In this document: piece after piece, positions 37,093 to 46,268 of the stretch | Layout of the letters: the number at the start of each line of letters is the position of its first letter | Position numbering within the stretch: position 1 is the stretch's first letter | Assembly: GCF_017348835.2 (NCBI RefSeq) | Contig: NZ_CP071375.1 | DNA from: Escherichia coli | Lineage (GTDB): Bacteria > Pseudomonadota > Gammaproteobacteria > Enterobacterales > Enterobacteriaceae | Reading direction: 5' to 3' (one strand) | DNA: 64,000 nucleotides | Notes under the pieces: generated by a model | What the model was told of the DNA's origin: nothing | Databases searched by the model: none | The model's input: the letters and a program-made list of their open reading frames with translations, nothing else | Position numbers and translations under genes: made by a program

Positions 37093-37116
37093 TTGAGATA
37101 AGCAGAAAGGAATGAC

Positions 37117-38196
37117 TTACAGAACGTCGATCGCGTTCAGTTCCTGGAATGCTTTTTCCAGACGAGCGATCATCGAAGTCTGACCGGCACGCAGCCATAC
37201 GCGCGGATCGTAGTATTTCTTGTTCGGCTGATCTTCGCCTTTCGGGTTGCCCAGCTGGCCCTGCAGGTAAGCTTCGTTCGCTTTGTAGTAGTTCAGAACG
37301 CCTTCCCAGGTTGCCCATTGGGTATCGGTATCGATGTTCATTTTCACTACGCCGTAGCTTACGGAGTCTTTGATTTCCTGAGCAGTAGAACCGGAACCAC
37401 CGTGGAATACGAAGTTCAGGCTGTTGTGCGGCAGGTTGTGTTTCTTAGAAACATATTCCTGAGAATCACGCAGGATGGTCGGAGTCAGAACCACGTTACC
37501 CGGCTTGTAAACACCGTGTACGTTACCGAAGGAAGCTGCGATGGTGAAACGCGGGCTGATTTTGCTCAGCTCGGTGTATGCGTAATCAACGTCTTCCGGC
37601 TGGGTGTACAGTGCGGAAGCGTCCATGTGGCTGTTGTCCACGCCGTCTTCTTCACCACCGGTGCAACCCAGTTCGATTTCCAGAGTCATGCCGATTTTGG
37701 ACATACGCTCCAGGTATTTAGAGCAGATTTCGATGTTCTCTTGCAGAGATTCTTCAGACAGGTCGATCATGTGAGAAGAGAACAGCGGCTTGCCGGTAGC
37801 AGCGAAGTGTTTTTCACCCGCGTCCAGCAGACCGTCGATCCACGGCAGCAGTTTCTTCGCGCAGTGGTCAGTGTGCAGGATAACCGGAACACCATAATGT
37901 TCAGCCATCTGGTGAACGTGATGCGCACCAGAGATCGCGCCCAGGATAGCAGCACCCTGCGGAACGTCAGATTTCACGCCTTTACCAGCGATAAAAGAAG
38001 CACCACCGTTGGAGAACTGAACGATAACCGGCGCTTTAACTTTAGCAGCGGTTTCCAGTACGGCGTTGATGGAGTCAGTACCGACGCAGTTTACTGCTGG
38101 CAGTGCGAAGTTGTTTTCTTTTGCTACCTGGAAAACTTTCTGTACGTCATCACCAGTGATTACGCCAGGTTTTACGAAATCAAAAATCTTAGACAT
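37117..38196 (-). CDS. fbaA: fructose-bisphosphate aldolase class II
   Basis: 359 aa from ATG 38196 (MSKIFDFVKPGVITGDD...). Confidence 0.95.
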   Translation of the reverse strand: MSKIFDFVKPGVITGDDVQKVFQVAKENNFALPAVNCVGTDSINAVLETAAKVKAPVIVQFSNGGASFIAGKGVKSDVPQGAAILGAISGAHHVHQMAEHYGVPVILHTDHCAKKLLPWIDGLLDAGEKHFAATGKPLFSSHMIDLSEESLQENIEICSKYLERMSKIGMTLEIELGCTGGEEDGVDNSHMDASALYTQPEDVDYAYTELSKISPRFTIAASFGNVHGVYKPGNVVLTPTILRDSQEYVSKKHNLPHNSLNFVFHGGSGSTAQEIKDSVSYGVVKMNIDTDTQWATWEGVLNYYKANEAYLQGQLGNPKGEDQPNKKYYDPRVWLRAGQTSMIARLEKAFQELNAIDVL

Positions 38197-38410
38197 GTCT
38201 CTTGTCCTGTATCGTCGGGCCTTATACTCGTCATACTTCAAGTTGCATGTGCTGCGTCTGCGTTCGCTCACCCCAGTCACTTACTTATGTAAGCTCCTGG
38301 GGATTCACTCTCTTGTCGCCTTCCTGCAACTCGAATTATTTAGAGTATGAAAAAATGCGTGCTCTAAAAGCGCGCTGAAACAAGGGCAGGTTTCCCTGCC
38401 CTGTGATTTT

Positions 38411-39574
38411 TTACTTCTTAGCGCGCTCTTCGAGCATCGCTACTGCAGGCAGTACTTTACCTTCCACGAATTCGAGGAATGCGCCGCCGCCAGTGGAGAT
38501 GTAGGAGATTTTGTCAGCAATGCCGAACAGGTCGATTGCTGCCAGAGTGTCGCCGCCGCCAGCGATGGAGAACGCTTCGCTGTCTGCGATAGCGTTAGCC
38601 ACGATTTCAGTACCTTTGCGGAAGTTCGGGAATTCGAACACGCCAACCGGACCGTTCCACAGAATAGTTTTCGCATTCTTCAGGATTTCAGCCAGTTCCT
38701 GAGCGGAAGCATCACCGATATCCAGGATCTGCTCGTCAGCTTTCACATCGTTAACAGATTTCAGGGTAGCCGGTGCAGTTTCAGAGAACTCGGTTGCTAC
38801 GCGAACATCAGACGGAACCGGGATGTTGCAAGTGGTCAGCAGACGTTTTGCTTCGTCAACCAGGTCAGCTTCGTACAGGGATTTACCCACATCGTGGCCT
38901 TGTGCCGCGATAAAGGTGTTAGCGATACCACCACCAACAATCAGCTGGTCAGCGATTTTAGACAGGGAGTCCAGAACGGTCAGTTTGGTAGATACTTTAG
39001 AACCACCAACGATAGCCACCATCGGGCGAGCAGGTTCTTTCAGTGCTTTACCCAGCGCGTCCAGTTCAGCTGCCAGCAGCGGGCCTGCGCACGCAACGTC
39101 AGCGAATTTACCGATACCGTGAGTAGAAGCCTGCGCGCGGTGAGCAGTACCGAATGCGTCCATTACGAACACGTCACACAGTGCAGCGTATTTTTTGGAC
39201 AGGGTTTCGTCGTCTTTCTTCTCGCCTTTGTTGAAGCGAACGTTTTCCAGAACAACCAGTTCACCTTCAGCAACGTCAACGCCGTCGAGGTAATCTTTAA
39301 CCAGACGAACCGGGTTAGACAGTTTGTCTTTCAGGTAGTTAACAACCGGCAGCAGAGAGAATTCTTCGTTGTACTCGCCTTCGGTAGGACGACCCAGGTG
39401 GGAAGTTACCATCACTTTTGCGCCTTGTTTCAGGGCCAGTTCGATGGTCGGCAGAGAAGCACGGATACGCGCGTCGCTGGTTACTTTCCCGTCTTTTACT
39501 GGTACGTTCAGATCCGCACGGATAAATACACGTTTCCCAGCAAGATCCAGATCGGTCATCTTAATTACAGACAT
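38411..39574 (-). CDS. pgk: phosphoglycerate kinase
   Basis: 387 aa from ATG 39574 ([17 protein letters not shown]...). Confidence 0.95.
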
Positions 39575-39623
39575 GGTGAATCCTCTCGTTGATTCTAAAA
39601 GTTTTGCAGACGCTGCTTGCGTC

Positions 39624-40643
39624 TTACCTGAAAGCAACAGTAGCCATAGCTAACGTCGTGTCGAGCATTCGGTTAGCAAAGCCCCATTCGTTATCGCACC
39701 AGACCAACGTTTTGATCAGGTGTGCGCCACTGACCCGGGTTTGGGTGCCATCGACAATGGCACTGTGCGGATCGTGGTTAAAATCTACAGAGACCAACGG
39801 CAATTCCGTATAGTCAACTATACCATGAAATGCACCTTGTGCTGCTTTTTGCAGCAACAGGTTGACTTCATTGGCTTTTACAGGTTTCTTCACCGTCACG
39901 CTTAAATCGATTGCCGTCACATTTATGGTTGGCACACGTACCGCAATCGCTTCAAAGCGATCGTTAAATTGCGGAAAAAATCGTGTGATACCGGCGGCCA
40001 GTTTAGTATCGACTGGAATGATCGACTGGCTGGCTGCCCGAGTGCGACGCAGGTCAGGATGGTATGCATCAATAACCTGTTGATCGTGCATGGCGGAGTG
40101 AATTGTGGTCACAGTGCCGGACTCAATACCGTACGCATCATCTAACAATTTGATGACGGGAATTATGCAATTCGTGGTACAGGAAGCGTTAGAAACGATG
40201 CGGTGTTCCGCACGAAGTTGATCCTGATTGACGCCGTAAACAACGGTCGCGTCGAGATCGTTACTGCCAGGATGTGAAAAGAGCACTTTTTTGGCCCCGG
40301 CGGCAATATGCGCTTCGCCATGCTCGCGGGAGCCATATACGCCGGTGCAGTCGAGGACTACATCAACGCCAAGTTCACGCCAGGGGAGCGATTGCAGTGA
40401 ACGTTCATGCAATACGCGGATGGCGTCATCACCAACAAAAAGTTGATCGCGTTCCTGTCGTACTTCCCATGCAAAACGGCCATGGCTGGTGTCATATTTC
40501 AACAAATGCGCCATGCCCGCAGCATCCGCCAGTTCGTTGATTGCCACCACGGTAATTTCCGCCCGGCGTCCGGATTCATACAAAGCACGAACCACATTAC
40601 GCCCGATGCGACCGAAGCCATTTATCGCTACGCGTACGGTCAT
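39624..40643 (-). CDS. epd: D-erythrose-4-phosphate dehydrogenase
   Basis: 339 aa from ATG 40643 ([15 protein letters not shown]...); ORF track start 40727 is a TTG-initiated extension. Confidence 0.95.
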
Positions 40644-40764
40644 AGATCTCCTGCAAGATTTTCCCTGAGCAAATTTGCCAGACAGAGTAATCCAGCAAAT
40701 CGTCCGGGGAAACCTTACCTGTCGCAAACTGCGACTGATTGGTTAATTGTCGAACATTTAATCG

Positions 40765-40780
40765 ACTGAAACGCTTCAGC
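40765..40780. promoter_or_regulatory. Cra (FruR) operator upstream of epd
   Basis: actgaaacgcttcagc, near-perfect palindrome matching the Cra consensus (GCTGAAACGTTTCAGC type). Confidence 0.5.
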
Positions 40781-41014
40781 TAGGATAAGCGAAACGTGGA
40801 ATAAAAGGAATGATTGTCCAGTCAAAGAAAACAAATATCTGACTTACGTCACGTTTTCAGCCCCGCCCCTGTGGAATTTATTCCACTTTGCAGAATCACG
40901 AATAAGCGTAGCAAAATCTTTTCGTTGTGCCGTCACAAACCCTGACTTATATCAGAATATGACTGATGCAGCGTCGATATTATCTGCAATACGTCCGAGT
41001 TTCGGAGTACTCCA

Positions 41015-41446
41015 ATGATGACATTGCCCTACCCATATTCTTCCTCCGCACGCTTTTACGCACTGCGCCTCCTCCCCGGGCAGGAAGTTTTTTCCCAGCT
41101 ACACGCTTTTGCACACCAGCAGCAACTTCATGCCGCCTGGATTGCAGGCTGTACCGGTAGCCTGACTGACATCGCCTTGCGCTATGCCGGGCAAGAAGGC
41201 ACCACGCTCCTGAACGGTACATTCGAAGTGATCTCACTAAACGGCACGTTGGAACAGAGTGGTGAGCATCTTCATCTCTGCGTTTCCGATCCACACGGCA
41301 CGATGCTTGGCGGTCATATGATGCCCGGCTGTACCGTGCGGACCACGCTTGAACTGGTGATCGGTAGCCTTGAGGAACTGGCGTTTAGCCGCCAACCTTG
41401 CGCGCTTTCTGGTTACGACGAGTTGCATATTTCCCCCGTTAAATAA
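41015..41446 (+). CDS. PPC (DUF296) domain protein, putative DNA-binding/accessory protein
   Basis: 143 aa; PPC-like pattern RLLPGQEV...GSL...FEVISLNGTL...HLHL...GGHMMPGCTV...LELVIGSL. Confidence 0.55.
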   Translation: MMTLPYPYSSSARFYALRLLPGQEVFSQLHAFAHQQQLHAAWIAGCTGSLTDIALRYAGQEGTTLLNGTFEVISLNGTLEQSGEHLHLCVSDPHGTMLGGHMMPGCTVRTTLELVIGSLEELAFSRQPCALSGYDELHISPVK

Positions 41447-41468
41447 CTACTTTCAGAGAGGTTTTCTT

Positions 41469-42047
41469 ATGGCGCGTCGCCACTTTTCCAGTCAGGCGCT
41501 GGTGTTAATCGTTATATCTATCGCCATCAATATGATCGGCGGGCAACTGGCCAGCATGGTCAAATTACCTATATTTCTCGACTCCATCGGCACACTTATT
41601 AGCGCGGTACTGCTTGGTCCGGTGATCGGAATGCTGACCGGCTTACTGACCAATTTACTCTGGGGATTGCTGACCGACCCGATCGCCGCCGCATTTGCAC
41701 CCGTCGCGATGGTCATCGGCCTGGTCGCCGGTTGGCTGGCGCGAGCGGGTTGGTTTCGCACCCTACCAAAAGTCGTTGTCAGCGGCGTGATTATTACGCT
41801 TGCGGTAACGGTCGTCGCTGTACCGCTGCGTACTGCGCTGTTCGGCGGTGTCACCGGTAGCGGAGCCGATTTGTTCGTTGCCTGGATGCACTCGATGGGG
41901 CAAAACCTGGTGGAGTCGGTGGCGATTACGGTGATAGGCGCGAACCTGGTCGATAAAACTCTTACAGCGGTGATTGTCTGGCTTTTACTGCGCCAGCTGC
42001 CGATTCGCACCACGCGCCATTTTCCGGCAATGGCTGCCGTGCGCTAA
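41469..42047 (+). CDS. ECF transporter substrate-specific (S) component, specificity unknown
   Basis: 192 aa from ATG 41469 (GAGAGG Shine-Dalgarno-like sequence 8 nt upstream), about 6 TM helices; stop abuts next start. Confidence 0.55.
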   Translation: MARRHFSSQALVLIVISIAINMIGGQLASMVKLPIFLDSIGTLISAVLLGPVIGMLTGLLTNLLWGLLTDPIAAAFAPVAMVIGLVAGWLARAGWFRTLPKVVVSGVIITLAVTVVAVPLRTALFGGVTGSGADLFVAWMHSMGQNLVESVAITVIGANLVDKTLTAVIVWLLLRQLPIRTTRHFPAMAAVR

Positions 42048-42755
42048 ATGCATCCATTTACCTCATTAACACTGTGGGCATTGGCGGCCTGCACCACGCT
42101 TATCCTGCCCGCGCAGACCATTTTGCCGATCTATAGCGCGGCGACCTTTTTTTGCCTTATTGCGCTAAAGGCCACGCGGCGGCGGGCAAAATATGTCGTC
42201 TGGCTGATGTTCTCGCTGGGAGCCGGGCTGTGGCTGGTACACGGTGGCTGGCTAACAGAATGGCTAAGCGGCACGCCGCGTTCGCCGGAGCGTTGGACGC
42301 ATGCTATTACGCTCTGGTTGCGGATTCTGGCGATTGTTTCAACCTCACAGTTGTGGATGCAGTACGTCCCCGTGCAATGTTTTATCCGCGCTCTGTTTGC
42401 TTCTCGCCTGCCGCCAGGCGTCGCTTATCTGTTTGCCGGGCCGTTATTGGTCGTTGAGCAGTTAAAACGGCAATTAGCGATTATTCATGAAGCGCAGCGT
42501 GCCCGCGGCGTGCCGCTGGATGAGGGCTGGTATCAGCGTTTACGTGCGATGCCCGCGTTAATTATTCCGCTAACACACAATGCGCTAAACGATCTTGCTG
42601 TCCGTGGTGCGGCGCTGGATATGCGGGCATTTCGGATCCACAACCGACGAACAACGTTGTGGGCACCAGCCGATAGCACCCTACAACGCGTAGCGCGTTA
42701 CACCATGATCTTGCTGATGCTGACAGAATTCGGAGCGTGGATATGGTTACGTTAG
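42048..42755 (+). CDS. ECF transporter transmembrane (T) component, EcfT/CbiQ family
   Basis: 235 aa membrane protein with coupling-helix motif HEAQRARGV. Confidence 0.65.
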   Translation: MHPFTSLTLWALAACTTLILPAQTILPIYSAATFFCLIALKATRRRAKYVVWLMFSLGAGLWLVHGGWLTEWLSGTPRSPERWTHAITLWLRILAIVSTSQLWMQYVPVQCFIRALFASRLPPGVAYLFAGPLLVVEQLKRQLAIIHEAQRARGVPLDEGWYQRLRAMPALIIPLTHNALNDLAVRGAALDMRAFRIHNRRTTLWAPADSTLQRVARYTMILLMLTEFGAWIWLR

Positions 42756-43420
42756 AACAGTTCCGTTATTGCCCGACACACTCAACGCATCCTCCGTTCT
42801 GTTATGACTTTCACTATGTCAAACCGGGGATGGTCGCCATCTTTGGTGACAACGGCAGTGGCAAAAGTACGCTGGCACAGCTGATGGCGGGCTGGTATCC
42901 GGACTTTCTGCCAGGAGAGATAACAGGCACGGGGACGCTCCTCGGTACGCCCATTGGGCATCTCCCGCTTAATGAACAATCCGCCACCATCCAGCTCGTC
43001 CAGCAATCGCCCTATTTGCAGCTCTCCGGCTGTACCTTTAGCGTGGAAGAAGAAGTTGCCTTTGGGCCAGAAAATCTGTGTCTTGCTGAAGCAGAGATTA
43101 TGGCGCGGATTGATGCCGCCCTGACTCTGACCGAGTGCCAGCCGTTGCGCCATCGTCACCCGGCAACACTCTCCGGTGGAGAGACACAGCGCGTGGTCAT
43201 CGCCTGCGCCATCGCGATGCAGCCAAAGCTATTAATTCTTGATGAAGCCTTTAGCCGCCTGACGCCGCAGGCCAGCGAAATGCTGTTGCAGCGCTTACAA
43301 CACTGGGCGTTTGAACGTGGTTCGCTGATTATTCTTTTTGAACGTCATCGCACACCTTTCCTGAACTACTGCCAGCAAGCGTGGCAATTGCAAAACGGAG
43401 CACTCCAGCCACTATGTTAA
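42743..43420 (+). CDS. ECF/ABC transporter ATPase (A component)
   Basis: Walker A GDNGSGKST, signature LSGGETQRV, Walker B LLILDEA; overlaps T-component stop. Confidence 0.8.
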   Translation: MVTLEQFRYCPTHSTHPPFCYDFHYVKPGMVAIFGDNGSGKSTLAQLMAGWYPDFLPGEITGTGTLLGTPIGHLPLNEQSATIQLVQQSPYLQLSGCTFSVEEEVAFGPENLCLAEAEIMARIDAALTLTECQPLRHRHPATLSGGETQRVVIACAIAMQPKLLILDEAFSRLTPQASEMLLQRLQHWAFERGSLIILFERHRTPFLNYCQQAWQLQNGALQPLC

Positions 43421-44091
43421 CGTTAAATCAGATATCTTATCGCTGGCCTGGCGCTGCAACGGATTGTCTTTGCGACATTTCTCTGCAACTCAAACAAGGT
43501 GAATGGTTGGCGCTGACCGGTGACAATGGCGCAGGGAAATCGACGCTGTTACGAGTAATGGCAGGTCTTCTTACGCCCACAGCCGGTACGGTTATGCTGC
43601 AACAACAGGCGATGAAAAACCTGAAAAACCGCCAGCGCGCGGCAAAGATTGGCGTACTGTTTCAGGAAGCGGAAAACCAACTTTTTCACAGCACCGTCGC
43701 TGACGAGATCGCATTTGGTTTGAAACTGCAAAAATGCCCGGCGGATGAAATCACTCAACGTACCCATGCTGCCCTGCAATGTTGTCAGTTAGCAGACACT
43801 GCCAGCGCGCACCCGTTGGATCTGCATAGTGCGCAGCGACGGATGGTCGCCGTCGCCTGCCTGGAAGCACTCTCTCCGCCACTATTGCTGCTGGACGAGC
43901 CGAGTCGGGATTTTGACGAAAATTGGTTGAGCGTGTTTGAAAGCTGGCTGGAGAAGTGCCGCCAGCGAGGCACGAGCGTCGTAGCAATCAGTCATGACGC
44001 CGCATTTACCCGGCGTCATTTCTCTCGTGTGGTGCGACTGGAAGATGGTCTAATCAGGAACGTTAATCCACCAGAAGATATTCACCCGTAG
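43414..44091 (+). CDS. ECF/ABC transporter ATPase, second copy with degenerate signature motif
   Basis: Walker A GDNGAGKST, Walker B LLLLDEPSRD, signature reduced to LHSAQRR; ATG overlaps previous stop (atgttaa). Confidence 0.8.
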   Translation: MLTLNQISYRWPGAATDCLCDISLQLKQGEWLALTGDNGAGKSTLLRVMAGLLTPTAGTVMLQQQAMKNLKNRQRAAKIGVLFQEAENQLFHSTVADEIAFGLKLQKCPADEITQRTHAALQCCQLADTASAHPLDLHSAQRRMVAVACLEALSPPLLLLDEPSRDFDENWLSVFESWLEKCRQRGTSVVAISHDAAFTRRHFSRVVRLEDGLIRNVNPPEDIHP

Positions 44092-44776
44092 CGGTCATCA
44101 TTAAGGTCAAATTTGCAGGCAGACTCTCTTCCAGCACCCGGCGAACATTCGGCCCGTCGGTACGGTCATAAAAAGCTTCTGCGTCTGCCAGCGATACCCC
44201 TCCCGCCAGCTTGCGCCCTACCAGTCGTTCCCGCAACGCAGTAGCTGGCGCGTTGATAAAGATCGAGAAATCACAAAATTGCGCAAGCTGGCACCACTTC
44301 TCGTCGTCCAGCAACAACCAGTTTCCTTCGACGATGACGAGTGGTGCGGTAACGTGCAACGCATCTTCAACAGGATCATGCTTTTGTCGATCGTACTGCG
44401 GCCACGTACAATCCCCTTCCACGACATGGCGCAGATTTTCCGCCAGTTTCGCAACGTCAAATGTCTCTGGTGCGCCTTTGAAGGGGCGCAATTGATGCGC
44501 ATCCAGCCAGCTATTGTAATGGTGAAAACCATCCATCGGGAGCGTCTGAATAGCGGGCAGTTCCGGGTCTTGTTGCGCGAGATATTCCCAGAATGTGGTT
44601 AGGGTAGATTTACCCGTCCCCGGCGGAGCGCAAAGAAAAACCACCGTACGCCGCTGCGGATTTACCGTCTGTAAGGCCGCCAGCATACGCAGCAACGGTT
44701 TATGCACGCGTTTAATCTCTTCATCATGGTACTGCGCTTGCACGTTCAGCCCATTCACCGTTAATTCAATTTTCAC
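44063..44776 (-). CDS. yggC: P-loop nucleoside/pantothenate-kinase-like protein YggC
   Basis: 237 aa from GTG, Walker A CAPPGTGKST. Confidence 0.85.
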   Translation of the reverse strand: MKIELTVNGLNVQAQYHDEEIKRVHKPLLRMLAALQTVNPQRRTVVFLCAPPGTGKSTLTTFWEYLAQQDPELPAIQTLPMDGFHHYNSWLDAHQLRPFKGAPETFDVAKLAENLRHVVEGDCTWPQYDRQKHDPVEDALHVTAPLVIVEGNWLLLDDEKWCQLAQFCDFSIFINAPATALRERLVGRKLAGGVSLADAEAFYDRTDGPNVRRVLEESLPANLTLMMTATGEYLLVD

Positions 44777-45281
44777 GGCGTTAATTCCTTTAAGGTGGTC
44801 GTTACTGCCAGCGTCAGCGCCGTTTTGACCATTCCGCTAAAACGCGCATCTGACCAGACGGCGAAATCGGCGAACTTCATCGCTTTCAACGCGTCATAGA
44901 GCGTCGCATTGCAGGTTATGCTATGACGTTGCTGATAAAATCCCAGGTCATGTCATCGGCAAATCCGGGCGTTTCATCCTGTTCGTTCAGGTAATGCCAG
45001 AACTGGGAAAAATGCGTGATATCGGCGTACAGCCATTTATCCATTTTCCCCAGCGCATAAATCAAACGCAGTGCAACATCAATGTCGTCAAGCGGGCCGC
45101 TTTGGGCGAGTAACGGCTTCACTGCATATTCGACGATCTCTTCATCGTTATCGACAAACAGCGACGGCAGAAACTGGCGTATCCCCTGGAGCAAAATAGA
45201 ATGCGCAGTTTTCATAAATGAAAATAAATTGTCCTGTGCATCCAGTTGCTCAAGCACATCATCTTCTGTCAGCGTCGCCAT
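44773..45281 (-). pseudogene. yggD: yggD (MtlR-like regulator) interrupted by an apparent 1-nt frameshift
   Basis: Frame A reads 121 aa then stops (...DFISNVIA*); a second frame continues ...SITCNATLYDALKAMKF...KELTP and ends in a TGA overlapping the yggC GTG; combined length would be 169 codons. Confidence 0.5.
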
Positions 45282-45302
45282 TGGTCTTCCGATAGATCAC
45301 CA

Positions 45303-46268
45303 TCAATGCAGGGAGTCTATTATATTACACGTTTGGTCCGCGCCGCCGATCAGTAATGTCTGCGTCCGCACCCCATTCGCCGTCTGTTGGATACCGTTCA
45401 CCAACTCGCCGCCCGTGACGCCCGTAGCGCTAAAGAGGATATCGTTCCCCCTTACCAGTTCATCGAGCGAGTACACACGGTTAACGTCAACGCCCATTGC
45501 CTTGCAACGCTTGCGCTCCTGCTCTGCAATCTGCCGATTTTCCGTGTAATCCCCTTTGGCCTGACAAAAGTCAATCAGCTCGGCCTGCATATTCCCGCCT
45601 AATGCTTTAACGGCACAGGCAGAAATCACGCCTTCCGGCGCGCCGCCGATGGTGTACATCACATCGTAAGGATTATCCTGCCAGCAGGTCAGCACGCTGG
45701 CGGCGACATCGCCATCCGGCAGGGCAAAAACCTTCACGCCCAGCTGTGTTGCTTCTTCAATCGCGGCACTCAGACGCGGTTTATCCAGCGTAACCATGCG
45801 CAGCTTGTCCAGCGGTTTACCTAACGCCCGCGCCACGTTACGCAAGTTGTCCGCCAGAGGCAAAGACAGATCAATCGCCCCGGCAGCCAGTCGATTAACA
45901 ACCAGCTTTTTCATATACATATCGGGCGCATGTAACAGGCTATCTCGAGGGGCGAAAGCCATGACCGCCAGCGCATTGCTCTGCCCCATCGCCACCATTC
46001 GCGTGCCTTCGATCGGGTCAACCGCGATATCGACTTCTGGCCCATCGCCTTTGCCCACCTCTTCGCCAATCCACAGCATCGGCGCATGGTCAATTTCTCC
46101 TTCGCCGATAACCACTCGTCCACGAAAAGCGACGTCGTTTAATGCCTGGCGCATCGCGGTGACCGCCAGGCTATCAATTTTATTTTTGTCGCCACATCCG
46201 GTTTGCGGCCAGGCAGCCAACGCTGCCTGTTCCGTAACGCGAAATAATGGCCACGCCAGGGACATCAT
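45303..46268 (-). CDS. yggF: fructose-1,6-bisphosphatase class II (GlpX-like)
   Basis: 321 aa ORF. Confidence 0.9.
   Translation of the reverse strand: MMSLAWPLFRVTEQAALAAWPQTGCGDKNKIDSLAVTAMRQALNDVAFRGRVVIGEGEIDHAPMLWIGEEVGKGDGPEVDIAVDPIEGTRMVAMGQSNALAVMAFAPRDSLLHAPDMYMKKLVVNRLAAGAIDLSLPLADNLRNVARALGKPLDKLRMVTLDKPRLSAAIEEATQLGVKVFALPDGDVAASVLTCWQDNPYDVMYTIGGAPEGVISACAVKALGGNMQAELIDFCQAKGDYTENRQIAEQERKRCKAMGVDVNRVYSLDELVRGNDILFSATGVTGGELVNGIQQTANGVRTQTLLIGGADQTCNIIDSLH

Noticed and set aside
36884-37318. 144-aa minus-strand ORF
   Set aside because: Reads through REP palindromes and the fbaA terminator; Arg/Ser-rich low-complexity translation typical of REP artefacts.
37318-38292. 324-aa plus-strand ORF
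   Set aside because: Antisense to fbaA; no recognisable domain.
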